A stretch of DNA of 64,000 nucleotides from Pseudomonadales bacterium. Lineage in GTDB: Bacteria; Pseudomonadota; Gammaproteobacteria; Pseudomonadales; JAUIET01. The stretch spans positions 15,206-79,205 of the forward strand of contig JBGCFQ010000033.1 in the NCBI GenBank assembly GCA_045106985.1, given 5' to 3'. The notes beneath the pieces were generated by a model, which saw only the letters and a program-made list of their open reading frames with translations, searched no databases and was not told where the DNA came from. This document shows positions 10,423-19,663 of this stretch, in pieces; position 1 is the first letter of the stretch, and each line of letters opens with the position of its first letter. Position numbers and translations under genes: made by a program.

Positions 10423-11154
10423 GTGATTGAAAAAACAGTGGGCATAATTGGTGGCATGGGGCCGGCCGCCACTGTAGATTTACAGCGCCGTATTGTTGAG
10501 GCCACACCGGCCACTGACGATGCAGATCATATTAGAGTGTTGGTAGACAACAACCCCAAAGTGCCCTCGCGTATTGCCGCGCTTATAGACGGCGACGGCG
10601 AAAGCCCTGTGCCGTGCATGATCTCCATGGCCCAAGGCTTGATAGTCGCTGGTGCTGAGCTATTAGCCATTCCTTGCAACACCGCTCATTATTATTTCGA
10701 TGAAGTTGCCGACGCTGTAGACGCGCCAATTATTAACCTTATAGAGATTTGTCGGCAGCATTTTCTTAATTTGGATTCCAGCCCAATAATGATTGGCCTG
10801 CTGGCATCGACGGCGGTACAACGTGTCGATTTGTACGGTCCTTCTTTTGCGGAAGAAGGTTTGCAAACACTGTTCCCAATGGATGATCAGCAAGCGCAAC
10901 TTATGCAGTTGATTCGTTCAATAAAGGCTGGTGATAAGAATCCTGACCTTCATGCAGCCTTTTCTGCCGCCGCAAACAATCTCGTTGAGCAGGGGGCTCA
11001 AGCCTTGCTTATAGCCTGTACCGAATTGTCTATTCTGGCCGATAAAGGGGTAGGTCAAGAGCCGAGCCCGTCGCTTAATCAGGAGGTGGCAATATTTGAC
11101 GCGGCGCAATTGCTTGCTGAAAAAATTGTAAGTAGCGCACGGAAAGCTGAATAG
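10423..11154 (+). CDS. aspartate/glutamate-racemase-family amino-acid racemase
   Basis: 'VGIIGGMGPAAT' plus both catalytic Cys motifs ('IPCNTAHYY', 'LIACTELS'). I prefer the GTG at 10423; the ATG at 10345 would overlap the upstream gene by 38 nt. Confidence 0.8.
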   Translation: MIEKTVGIIGGMGPAATVDLQRRIVEATPATDDADHIRVLVDNNPKVPSRIAALIDGDGESPVPCMISMAQGLIVAGAELLAIPCNTAHYYFDEVADAVDAPIINLIEICRQHFLNLDSSPIMIGLLASTAVQRVDLYGPSFAEEGLQTLFPMDDQQAQLMQLIRSIKAGDKNPDLHAAFSAAANNLVEQGAQALLIACTELSILADKGVGQEPSPSLNQEVAIFDAAQLLAEKIVSSARKAE

Positions 11155-11179
11155 CTTTCGCGGTCAGTCATTCTCAGTA

Positions 11180-12064
11180 TTATAATTTTTGACGCTGCGC
11201 TTTAGAAGCTTGCCAGCCCGCCAGAGTATTCAAAGCCAGTCCGCCAATAATTAAAGCCATTGCAACTAGCTTCCACCACGTCATCGCCTCATCAAGAAAG
11301 ACAGCTGAGGCCCACATACCAAATACAGGCACAAGCAAAGCCCAGGGTGTTACAGCATAGGCAGGGTAGCGACCTAGCAGCATGTTCCAAAGCCCATAAC
11401 CGATCAATGTATTGCCTATGCTTTGCCACAATATTACCGCCCAGGCTGTCCAGCTAGCGCTGAGAATTTCCTCACTTATCGCGCAGTACCCTTCCAGAAA
11501 AAACGCCATAAGAACTAATGGGGGAATCGCAAACAAGGATGACCAGGCAATGAATGCCAGCATGTTACTGGGTGCCGCGCTTTTCACTACCAAGTTACCT
11601 GCGGCCCAACTGGATGCGGCTAAAAGGACTACGCCCAAGCCAATTAAAGTAGTTGTGCCATCGGTATACAAGGCAACCATTGCCAGACCGGCAAAACAAA
11701 CACATAAGGCCGCGATTTGCTTTGCATTGATAGACTCGCCATAAAAGCCAGCGGCCAACAAAATAGTGATGAATATCTGCATTTGAACAATAAGTGAGGC
11801 CAAGCCCGGCGTAATGTTTGCCTGCATTGCCCAAAACAAAAGACCAAATTGACCGCAGCCAATCAATAGCCCGTACGCAATAGTTTGGCTCCAGGGGTTG
11901 CTTGGCCGCGGTAGAAGAAAGACTAGAGGAATTGCGACGAAAAAGAAACGCAGCGCGGCAAAAGTGAACGGCTGAAGTTCATCTAGGCCTATTCGTATAA
12001 CGACGAAGTTTGTTCCCCAAATCAGTGCGACTAGAACGGCTATAGCTTGATGGGAGGGCCTCAA
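11180..12064 (-). CDS. EamA/DMT-family transporter
   Basis: 294 aa and about 10 TM segments. 'ALIWGTNFVVI' and the duplicated EamA-like halves are present. Confidence 0.8.
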   Translation of the reverse strand: MRPSHQAIAVLVALIWGTNFVVIRIGLDELQPFTFAALRFFFVAIPLVFLLPRPSNPWSQTIAYGLLIGCGQFGLLFWAMQANITPGLASLIVQMQIFITILLAAGFYGESINAKQIAALCVCFAGLAMVALYTDGTTTLIGLGVVLLAASSWAAGNLVVKSAAPSNMLAFIAWSSLFAIPPLVLMAFFLEGYCAISEEILSASWTAWAVILWQSIGNTLIGYGLWNMLLGRYPAYAVTPWALLVPVFGMWASAVFLDEAMTWWKLVAMALIIGGLALNTLAGWQASKAQRQKL

Positions 12065-12109
12065 CAGAATGCTCTGCGTGTTCCGTTTTCCGACATTTCC
12101 GTTCCTTTG

Positions 12110-12562
12110 CTAGGGCGCTGGGATTGCGTGCCCAATCATTTTTGTGCCTTCGAACACCGCCAAATCCATTACATTGGTTTCATCAATAAAAACGAAGTCG
12201 AGAACTTTGTTTTCGTTGCCATCCCGGTGCAGCATTACGATAAACATCTCGCCAGTCTCTAAACCTTTGTGCACTTTTATTTCAACGTTCTCGTTCTTGC
12301 CATTATTAACATAGGTAGACGCGACGTATTTATCCCCATTGGGAGTGCCGTTCTCGAAAGGATGAATAACTAGCCAGCCATTGCCATCAATATTTACTTC
12401 GGCAAAGGTTAATGTGTCTTCGTTTCGAGTAACGCCCTCAACAACAATCCAGTTTTTATCGCCGTTGCCCATGGTCATCTTGGCACCTTCAGCAAAAGAA
12501 ATTCCACTTAAGCCTAGTAATACAGAGAGTGAGAAAAGCTTCAGAAGGTCGCGTACAAACAT
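12110..12562 (-). CDS. secreted hypothetical protein
   Basis: 150 aa with a signal peptide 'LFSLSVLLGLSGISFAEG'. The beta-rich body has 'GWLVIHPFENGTPNG' and 'MFIVMLHRDGNENKVLDF'. Confidence 0.5.
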   Translation of the reverse strand: MFVRDLLKLFSLSVLLGLSGISFAEGAKMTMGNGDKNWIVVEGVTRNEDTLTFAEVNIDGNGWLVIHPFENGTPNGDKYVASTYVNNGKNENVEIKVHKGLETGEMFIVMLHRDGNENKVLDFVFIDETNVMDLAVFEGTKMIGHAIPAP

Positions 12563-12752
12563 ACAATCACCTATTTCTTGTTAAGCTGGTCATGCTCTGG
12601 GTAGCACAACACGATGTGGGTAGTGAGGCCCAAGTGTATGGCAATTTTCGAATTCAGTCTGCCATTTCTGGCTTTGCGCAACCAGCGACACATCATAGGT
12701 ACTTGAAATTACTGGAATGGTTCAGGCACACTGCCTTTAAGAGGTAAGCTAA

Positions 12753-13160
12753 ATGAGCGACAAAACGACCTGTTGGCGCTGCAACGAGGTGCTGGAAGAC
12801 TTGATTCTGCCGCTGTCGCGGCGGGAGGAATGTAAGCACTGCTCGGCAGATCAGCACGTATGCAAGATGTGCGAGCACTTCTCTGCTAATACAGTGGTGC
12901 AGTGCAATGAAGAGCGAGCCGAACCGCCAAGCGACCTGACAGCGGCGAACTTTTGCGATTACTTTGCTCTTCTGCAGGGTTCTGGGATACATGTTAATGC
13001 CGCTCAGAGTGATGCTAAAGCGCAGCTTGATGCGCTGTTTGGGAGCGATGAAGCATCAGCCGAAGATGTGGTAGGCGGCGAGCCTGATGCACGGGCTGAG
13101 AAGCATGAATCAGCTCAGTCTAAGGCTGAGGCCGAATTGAAAAAACTGTTTGGCGATTAA
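12753..13160 (+). CDS. Cys-rich (zinc-ribbon-like) hypothetical protein with an acidic, repeat-bearing tail
   Basis: CxxC...CxxC...CxxC pattern ('CWRCNE', 'CKHCSA', 'CKMCEH'). The tail carries two copies of an 'A-x-A-x-L-x-x-LFG' motif. Confidence 0.5.
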   Translation: MSDKTTCWRCNEVLEDLILPLSRREECKHCSADQHVCKMCEHFSANTVVQCNEERAEPPSDLTAANFCDYFALLQGSGIHVNAAQSDAKAQLDALFGSDEASAEDVVGGEPDARAEKHESAQSKAEAELKKLFGD

Positions 13161-13176
13161 TGCTCTTTGTTAGGCT

Positions 13177-13398
13177 TTGTTTTGCTCGCTGCAAAAGCGC
13201 CTCACTTGCATTCAGGATGAACCTTTAATCGAATTGGGTGACTTTATGTATCTGTTGCATCATCGACACTTCGATTGCAACTACGGTCGCTACGAAACAC
13301 CATGGGATAAAGTGTTCGACAGCTTTCACGATGGAACCGCCGAAGGCGACGCATTGATTAAGGAGCGTAGGCGTCGATTGTTTGATAGACACCGTTAA
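13177..13398 (+). pseudogene. 3' remnant of a fatty-acid hydroxylase / sterol desaturase-family gene
   Basis: Only about 50 aa are family-like: 'YLLHHRHFDCNYGRYETPWDKVFDSFHDGT', the last His box plus NYG...WD..FG-type tail. No upstream coding sequence exists for the rest of the protein. Confidence 0.4.
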
Positions 13399-13520
13399 CG
13401 GGCTGACCTAAGGATACAATTACCGAGAAGCGTTTAGATTAAGCCTTTAAATCCAGTAACTTGATCTTAGCTTGCTTGGTGTGCAAGATTCGCTGAATAA
13501 CTTCTGATAAGGGAATAAAA

Positions 13521-15827
13521 ATGATAATCCTTACTAAGAAACTCTGGGGCGAAAAATTGCCTCTGGCCGCTCTGGGCTCTGCACTGTTGGTATTTACCCC
13601 CACTGTAACCGCCCAGGATTTCGCTTTGGAGGAGGTGATTGTTACGGCCACCAAGCGCGTGCAAAACCTGCAAGACGTGGCGATAGCGGTCACGGCACTG
13701 TCGGCTGGAGATCTAATAGCTAACCAGATTCGATCATCAACCGATCTAGCAACACTGGTACCTTCTTTGAATGTGCAAAAAGGCTCCAACAATCGCCAGA
13801 CGTCGTTCAATATTCGAGGCATAGGCACGCAAAGCTTCAGTACCGCCGTAGAGCCGAGTGTTTCCACGATGGTTGATGGTGTGGTCATGGGTCGATCGCT
13901 GCAAGCGTTCATGCAATTGATGGACCTCGAGAGGGTAGAAGTGCTTCGAGGGCCACAGGGCACTTTGTTTGGCAAGAATGCGACTGCCGGCGTTGTGCAT
14001 TTAATTACCCAAAATCCGTCGGAGGAATTTACCGGTGAAGCTCTATTGGGGTATGAGGAAGGTAATACTTACCGTGCAGGCTTAAATGTATCAGGGCCTT
14101 TAAGTGATCAACTCGGGTTTCGATTTTCTGCAATTGGCTCTACCGAAGACGGCTGGATTACCAATGTATTCAACGGCGAAGAATACAATAACTCTGATGA
14201 ATGGAGCATGCGCGCAAAGCTACGCTGGACCCCAAATGATAACTTGGAGCTTCAATGGTCGAGCGATTACGCTCGAATGGACTGCAACTGTACGGTAAGT
14301 CCGTTGCGCAGTGCTAATCCTGATGATGGCATTGACTTAGGCGTCCTTGAAAATACTTTGAATGGGATTCTCCCCGTTGTACCAGGGTTGGAAAATAGCC
14401 TAGTGAACGTAAACAATACACCGTATAACGATCAGGAAAGCTGGGGCCATTCCTTGCAAGCCAACTGGGACATTGGGGAGTTTTCATTAACCTCCATAAC
14501 CGCGTATAGAGAGTCTTCAATTGTGGCGTTTACAGATAACGACGGGCAGCCTGTTGACCCGCTAGGCTTTTTCCAGATTGGAGGTACTGATCAAGAGCAA
14601 TTCACCCAAGAGTTAAGGTTAGCCTCGCCAAATGACGCGCGCTTGAATTACGTTGTTGGATTGTTTTATTTCGATCAAAAAGTGTCACGTCAATTTACCC
14701 GTAGCTTTATGTTTCCAGGATTTGATCCTGGCATAGGAATCAGTACCTTCTCGGTTGACACAACTAATTGGGCCGCCTTTGGCCAAGCCACTTTTAATAT
14801 TACGGACGATTGGCGCATTGTTGGCGGCTTGCGTTACACCGAAGACCAATTGGATTTCGTTTTTGAGCGCACTCGGGAAGGCTTCCCGGTAGGTGTTCCT
14901 GCGCCAATACCGTCAACACCTGGCGGAACCGACGAAGACGATTTTTCTGGTAAGGCGTCATTGGAGTGGAGTGTTTCAGAAGATTCCATGCTGTATCTGA
15001 GCTACGCACAAGGCTATAAGGGCCCAGCTTATGACGTTACCTTCGGTACAGACCCTACGACTTTACAGCCAGTTAAACCCGAAACATCTGACTCGTGGGA
15101 ACTGGGGTTCAAGAGCACTTTCTGGGACGGCCGCATGCGCTTCAATGTTGCAGTTTTTGAGTCCAGTTACGAAGATTTTCAAGGGCAGGCGTTTTTTGAT
15201 CCTGATGGCACCCCAGACTGTCCGGCCGACATGCCGGGCTGTGATCCCTCCGATGAGCCCGGTAGCTTTGCGTTAATAAATGCGGGCGAAGTTAAAACCA
15301 GCGGCATTGAAATAGATTTTGATGCTTTGCTAAGCGAGAATTTTCGCCTGTCAGGTGGTTTGGCTTTGGTGGATGCCGAGATTATTGATTACCAAGGAGC
15401 TAATTGCAGCTTCGGGCAAACTTCCCGGGGTGAGTGCCCAGACGGAAGTCAGGACTTGTCGGGCGGTGAAATGCCTTTCTCACCCGATTGGAAGGCCAAT
15501 GTGCGAGCTCAATACACTATTCGAACCGGTTCTAGTTTTGACGTGATACTACAGGGAACTGTTAGGGCACAAGACGAGGTATTGTTTGATCTTAGCCAAG
15601 ACGAAAATTCTCGTTTCGACGGTTATGAAGTTGTTGATATCGCTGTGCTTATGGTGGATAAAAATGACCGTTGGAGTGCAAACCTTTATGTAAAGAATGT
15701 GCTGGATGAATTTTATGTCAGCGGCATTGGTTCCTTGCCAGGCGTCTTTTTTACTAACGCCTATATTCACTCAATTCCAAAACACGCAGAGCGAACAGTG
15801 GGTGTAGATTTTGGTCTTAAGTTCTAA
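13521..15827 (+). CDS. TonB-dependent receptor
   Basis: 768 aa with a signal peptide. Plug start 'EEVIVTATKR', 'VEVLRGPQGTLFGKNATAGV' and a C-terminal aromatic residue (...GLKF). Confidence 0.9.
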   Translation: MIILTKKLWGEKLPLAALGSALLVFTPTVTAQDFALEEVIVTATKRVQNLQDVAIAVTALSAGDLIANQIRSSTDLATLVPSLNVQKGSNNRQTSFNIRGIGTQSFSTAVEPSVSTMVDGVVMGRSLQAFMQLMDLERVEVLRGPQGTLFGKNATAGVVHLITQNPSEEFTGEALLGYEEGNTYRAGLNVSGPLSDQLGFRFSAIGSTEDGWITNVFNGEEYNNSDEWSMRAKLRWTPNDNLELQWSSDYARMDCNCTVSPLRSANPDDGIDLGVLENTLNGILPVVPGLENSLVNVNNTPYNDQESWGHSLQANWDIGEFSLTSITAYRESSIVAFTDNDGQPVDPLGFFQIGGTDQEQFTQELRLASPNDARLNYVVGLFYFDQKVSRQFTRSFMFPGFDPGIGISTFSVDTTNWAAFGQATFNITDDWRIVGGLRYTEDQLDFVFERTREGFPVGVPAPIPSTPGGTDEDDFSGKASLEWSVSEDSMLYLSYAQGYKGPAYDVTFGTDPTTLQPVKPETSDSWELGFKSTFWDGRMRFNVAVFESSYEDFQGQAFFDPDGTPDCPADMPGCDPSDEPGSFALINAGEVKTSGIEIDFDALLSENFRLSGGLALVDAEIIDYQGANCSFGQTSRGECPDGSQDLSGGEMPFSPDWKANVRAQYTIRTGSSFDVILQGTVRAQDEVLFDLSQDENSRFDGYEVVDIAVLMVDKNDRWSANLYVKNVLDEFYVSGIGSLPGVFFTNAYIHSIPKHAERTVGVDFGLKF

Positions 15828-15836
15828 ACCAAAGCG

Positions 15837-17069
15837 TTACTGTTCAGCTTCGGTCGAGAACAACGATCGAAGCTGAGCTTTGTCGACGGCTTTCACGCGC
15901 AGCCCAGAAGCACCAATAACGGTTTCGGCGCCAACCATGGCATTCACTATAGCTTCTTCGGTTGCATGTACGGCCGCTTGAAAAATGCCTGTTAGTTGGT
16001 TGTTGGGGTACATGCGCACCTCGCTACTGTCATTTTCATCAATGAGCTTTGCGTTCGCAGTGGAAAACGCGACAAAAATGTCTCCTGAGCCGTCACCACT
16101 GACCGCTCCTAAGCGACCCAAGCCCAGTGATGGCCTTTTTGCCAACCGCATTAGTTGGTGCGGAAGAAGAGGAGCGTCGGTAGCAATCACTATTATGATG
16201 GAGCCATCGCGAGTGGATGCTTCTATCAAGTCTTGCTTGCTCTTAGCTTGTGTATTGGGGCTGCAGTATGGGTACCAATTAACGTGACGCTCAATACTGC
16301 GATCAGTAAAACAGTGTTCACCTAGAGGAATCAGCCCGGCCATTTTTTGGCCACCAATACGCAGGTCGTCACCGTCCCAGTTGTAATTGCATTGCACCAG
16401 CACGCCAACCGTGAACGTTTTACCCAGTGCGTTTATCACGCGCGATGACGTGCCAATGCCGCCTTTTACTCCGTTGCACACCATACCTGTACCGCCGCCC
16501 ACAACGCCTTCCTGAACAGGCCCCTGGCTAGCTGTACTCATCGCTTTCAAGGCATGAGCTTTTGTAACGTGAAAGCCATTTATATCGTTTAAGCCGCCGT
16601 CAAAGGTTTCGCCCACAACCGGCGCATGCCAAATTGCTGGCCAATTGTGGTCAACCATCCAGGCAACCGCCGAGTCACGTACCACACCCACGCTGTGAGT
16701 ATTGGTAATTGAAATGGGCCCTTCAATTAGGCCGCGCTCTTCTAGCCAGGTAGTGCCCGTCATTTCCCCAGAAGCATTCAATGTAAACCAACCTGCAAAT
16801 ACAGGGTCGGTTGAGTTTTTACCTCTTGGGTGTATGGCTGTAACGCCAGTGCGGATTGGACCAGTGCCTACTTTGAGTTTGCCGTCGCCTTCACGCAGCG
16901 TAACCTGGCCAACTTCCACACCCTTCACATCGGTTATGGCATTCAGCTTGCCTGGCTGACCGTCGAATGGAATTCCCAGGTCGCGCGCACGCTCTGGAAT
17001 TTCAATCGCCCACGAACTTACGCCCAATAGGCTGAAGTAAATAAAAAAGACTGTTCGAATAATTATCAT
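15837..17069 (-). CDS. DmpA/P1 (formerly S58)-family aminopeptidase, secreted
   Basis: 410 aa with a signal peptide. 'GVTAIHPRG', 'NASGEMTG' and 'GGGTGMVCNGVKGGIGTSS' are typical of DmpA-like Ntn hydrolases. Confidence 0.75.
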   Translation of the reverse strand: MIIIRTVFFIYFSLLGVSSWAIEIPERARDLGIPFDGQPGKLNAITDVKGVEVGQVTLREGDGKLKVGTGPIRTGVTAIHPRGKNSTDPVFAGWFTLNASGEMTGTTWLEERGLIEGPISITNTHSVGVVRDSAVAWMVDHNWPAIWHAPVVGETFDGGLNDINGFHVTKAHALKAMSTASQGPVQEGVVGGGTGMVCNGVKGGIGTSSRVINALGKTFTVGVLVQCNYNWDGDDLRIGGQKMAGLIPLGEHCFTDRSIERHVNWYPYCSPNTQAKSKQDLIEASTRDGSIIIVIATDAPLLPHQLMRLAKRPSLGLGRLGAVSGDGSGDIFVAFSTANAKLIDENDSSEVRMYPNNQLTGIFQAAVHATEEAIVNAMVGAETVIGASGLRVKAVDKAQLRSLFSTEAEQ

Positions 17070-17296
17070 GAGGTTCTCAGTTGACTACTTTGGTTCCCAA
17101 AGGAATATTGTCGTCACTATAAAGAGCACGTTAACGCACTAAACGCACGACGATTTTTATTTCTACTATGCCCGTTTCAACCCACATTTCGACTATTCGC
17201 TATTCGGGCTCTCAGCCAAGCTAAAGCTCGCGTCATTCTACACAGTTGTTCCGCCAATGCTTACGCCGTATACATTCAGCAAGCAAAATTATGGGC

Positions 17297-17330
17297 AAAA
17301 AAAAGCCCCGACAGAGTCGGGGCTTTTTTA
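17297..17330 (-). terminator. rho-independent (bidirectional-looking) terminator after the EF-G paralogue
   Basis: A8-AGCCCCGAC-aga-GTCGGGGCT-T6. The 9-bp GC-rich stem is flanked by A and T runs, 23 nt past the stop at 17353. Confidence 0.8.
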
Positions 17331-17352
17331 AACCAAGCACTGTGCTGAGTGT

Positions 17353-19446
17353 TTACTTTTTCTTCTTGGCTTCCTGACGCGCTTTTTCTTCTTCAATCAC
17401 TTTTTCAGCGACTGAATTAGGGCAAGGCATATAGTGGGCAAACTCCATTGAGAATTGACCACGTCCCGATGTCATAGTACGCAGGCTGCCGATGTAACCA
17501 AACATTTCCGAAAGAGGAACGTCTGCTTTAATTCGAACACCTGTTGTACCGGCTTGCTGGTCCTTGATCATACCGCGACGACGGTTCAGGTCACCAATAA
17601 CATCACCTACGTGATCGTCAGGTGTGTATACGTCTACCTTCATGATCGGCTCAATGATTTGCGGGCCGGCCTTAGGCATAGACTGGCGGAATGCACCGCG
17701 AGCTGCGAGTTCAAAGGCAACAGCCGATGAGTCAACTGCGTGGAATCCACCGTCATACAGTTCAATTTCAACGTCAAGAACAGGGAAGCCAGCCAGTGGA
17801 CCTTGCTCCATCATGCCTTTGAAGCCTTTCTCAATTGCCGGGAAAAATTCCTTAGGAACGTTACCGCCCACAACCGTAGAGCCGAAAGTGAAGCCGCTGC
17901 CTGGCTCGCCTGGCTTAACGCGGTAATCGATTTTACCGAACTGGCCTGAACCACCAGATTGCTTCTTATGCGTGTAGCTGTCTTCAACCGGCGTAGTGAT
18001 GGTTTCGCGATAGGCCACTTGAGGCTTACCAACTTCGAGTTCAACACCGTAGGTACGGTTAAGAATGTCGACCTTGATGTCCAAGTGCAGTTCGCCCATT
18101 CCCTTAAGAATGGTTTCGCCTGAGTCTTCGTCAGTTTCAACTCGGAAGGACGGATCCTCGGCAACCATTTTGCCGATCGCAATGCCCATTTTCTCAGAGC
18201 CGCCTTTGTCTTTCGGAGCAACAGCAATCGAAATTACCGGCTCTGGGAACACCATGGCTTCCAAGGTACAAGGATGATCTTGGTCGCAAAGCGTATGACC
18301 AGTTTGAACATTCTTCATGCCTACGCAAGCAATGATGTCGCCGGCTTGCGCACGGTCGATTTCGTTACGGTCGTCAGCGTGCATTTCAACCATTCGGCCA
18401 ATACGTTCGGTTTTGCCCGTAAAGGAGTTAAGAATAGTGGTGCCTTTTTCCAGTACACCCGAGTAGATGCGCACGAAGGTGAGCGCGCCAAAGCGGTCAT
18501 CCATTATTTTGAATGCAAGCGCGCGCAGCGGTTCGTCAATAGAGACTGTCGCTACTTCGCCAGTAGGGTTGCCTTCTTCATCAGTAAGCGGCTGTGGGTC
18601 TACTTCAGTAGGGCTTGGCAGGTAGTCAACTACCGCATCAAGTATTAACTGAACGCCTTTGTTCTTAAAGGCTGAACCACAGTAAGTTGGGAAGAAATCC
18701 ATGGTGCGCGTGCCTTTGCGAATGCAGCGCTTGATATCTTCCATTGAAGGCATTTCGCCTTCCAGATAAGCTTCCATCAAATCGTCGTCTTGCTCAACGG
18801 CTGTTTCAATCATTTGCTCATGGTACATTTCGACTTCTTCAACCATGTCGGCTGGCACGTCGGTAATTTCAAAGTTCTCAGGCAGGCCAGTGTCGTCCCA
18901 GATGTGGGCTTTCTTAGTTAGAATGTCGACTACACCTGAAAAGCCTTCTTCACGACCAATTGGCAATGTCATTACTAGCGGATTTGCACCCAACACTTTC
19001 TGTACCTGCTCAACAACACGCAAGAAGTCAGCACCCATTCGGTCCATCTTATTAACGAAAATGATACGAGCAACTTCTGATTCGTTCGCGTAGCGCCAGT
19101 TTGTCTCAGACTGAGGCTCTACACCGCCTGATCCGCAAAACACGCCTACGCCGCCATCCAACACCTTCAGTGAACGGTAAACTTCAACTGTGAAGTCCAC
19201 GTGGCCAGGGGTATCGATGATGTTCATTCGATGGTCTTTCCAGAAGCAGGTGGTGGCCGCCGACTGAATGGTAATGCCGCGCTCTTGCTCCTGTTCCATG
19301 AAGTCAGTGGTGGCTGCGCCATCATGTACTTCACCCGTTTTATGAATTTTACCTGTCAGCTTGAGGATTCGCTCTGTTGTTGTGGTTTTACCCGCATCAA
19401 CGTGCGCGAAAATTCCGATGTTTCTGTATAAGGATAAGTCTGTCAT
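17353..19446 (-). CDS. fusA: elongation factor G paralogue (EF-G2 type), stand-alone
   Basis: '[22 protein letters not shown]', 'DTPGHVDF' and 'NKMDR'. I prefer the start at ATG 19446 (MTDLSLYRN...), preceded by GGAG. The gene is not in an rpsL-rpsG-tuf context. Confidence 0.9.
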   Translation of the reverse strand: MTDLSLYRNIGIFAHVDAGKTTTTERILKLTGKIHKTGEVHDGAATTDFMEQEQERGITIQSAATTCFWKDHRMNIIDTPGHVDFTVEVYRSLKVLDGGVGVFCGSGGVEPQSETNWRYANESEVARIIFVNKMDRMGADFLRVVEQVQKVLGANPLVMTLPIGREEGFSGVVDILTKKAHIWDDTGLPENFEITDVPADMVEEVEMYHEQMIETAVEQDDDLMEAYLEGEMPSMEDIKRCIRKGTRTMDFFPTYCGSAFKNKGVQLILDAVVDYLPSPTEVDPQPLTDEEGNPTGEVATVSIDEPLRALAFKIMDDRFGALTFVRIYSGVLEKGTTILNSFTGKTERIGRMVEMHADDRNEIDRAQAGDIIACVGMKNVQTGHTLCDQDHPCTLEAMVFPEPVISIAVAPKDKGGSEKMGIAIGKMVAEDPSFRVETDEDSGETILKGMGELHLDIKVDILNRTYGVELEVGKPQVAYRETITTPVEDSYTHKKQSGGSGQFGKIDYRVKPGEPGSGFTFGSTVVGGNVPKEFFPAIEKGFKGMMEQGPLAGFPVLDVEIELYDGGFHAVDSSAVAFELAARGAFRQSMPKAGPQIIEPIMKVDVYTPDDHVGDVIGDLNRRRGMIKDQQAGTTGVRIKADVPLSEMFGYIGSLRTMTSGRGQFSMEFAHYMPCPNSVAEKVIEEEKARQEAKKKK

Positions 19447-19663
19447 TGCTCCACTCGCTGGTAAGGTAAAAGGTAAAAACCACGCCAAAATTTGGCGCGA
19501 CAGTATACTTCGGAATCGAGGTAGAAGCGTTGGCTAGTTGCTCAATTAGCTCTTTATTTTGATGTTTTGCGCCACTTTTAGCGAATACAGCCGATGAGCT
19601 CGCTGATTTCGAGTGGCGCAGGGCCGTATTGGCTCTCCAGAGCCCGAATTCTAAGCTGTCTCG

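Noticed and set aside
13439-13975. 178-aa minus-strand ORF over the start of the first TonB-dependent receptor
   Set aside because: It is antisense to the receptor signal peptide and plug, whose motifs are unambiguous. It has no family resemblance.
19569-19619. 8-bp inverted repeat GCGCCACT...AGTGGCGC downstream of the phosphodiesterase gene, considered as its terminator
   Set aside because: The loop is large (35 nt), and in the minus-strand transcript the stem is followed by an A-rich run, not a U-rich one. It does not fit an intrinsic terminator.
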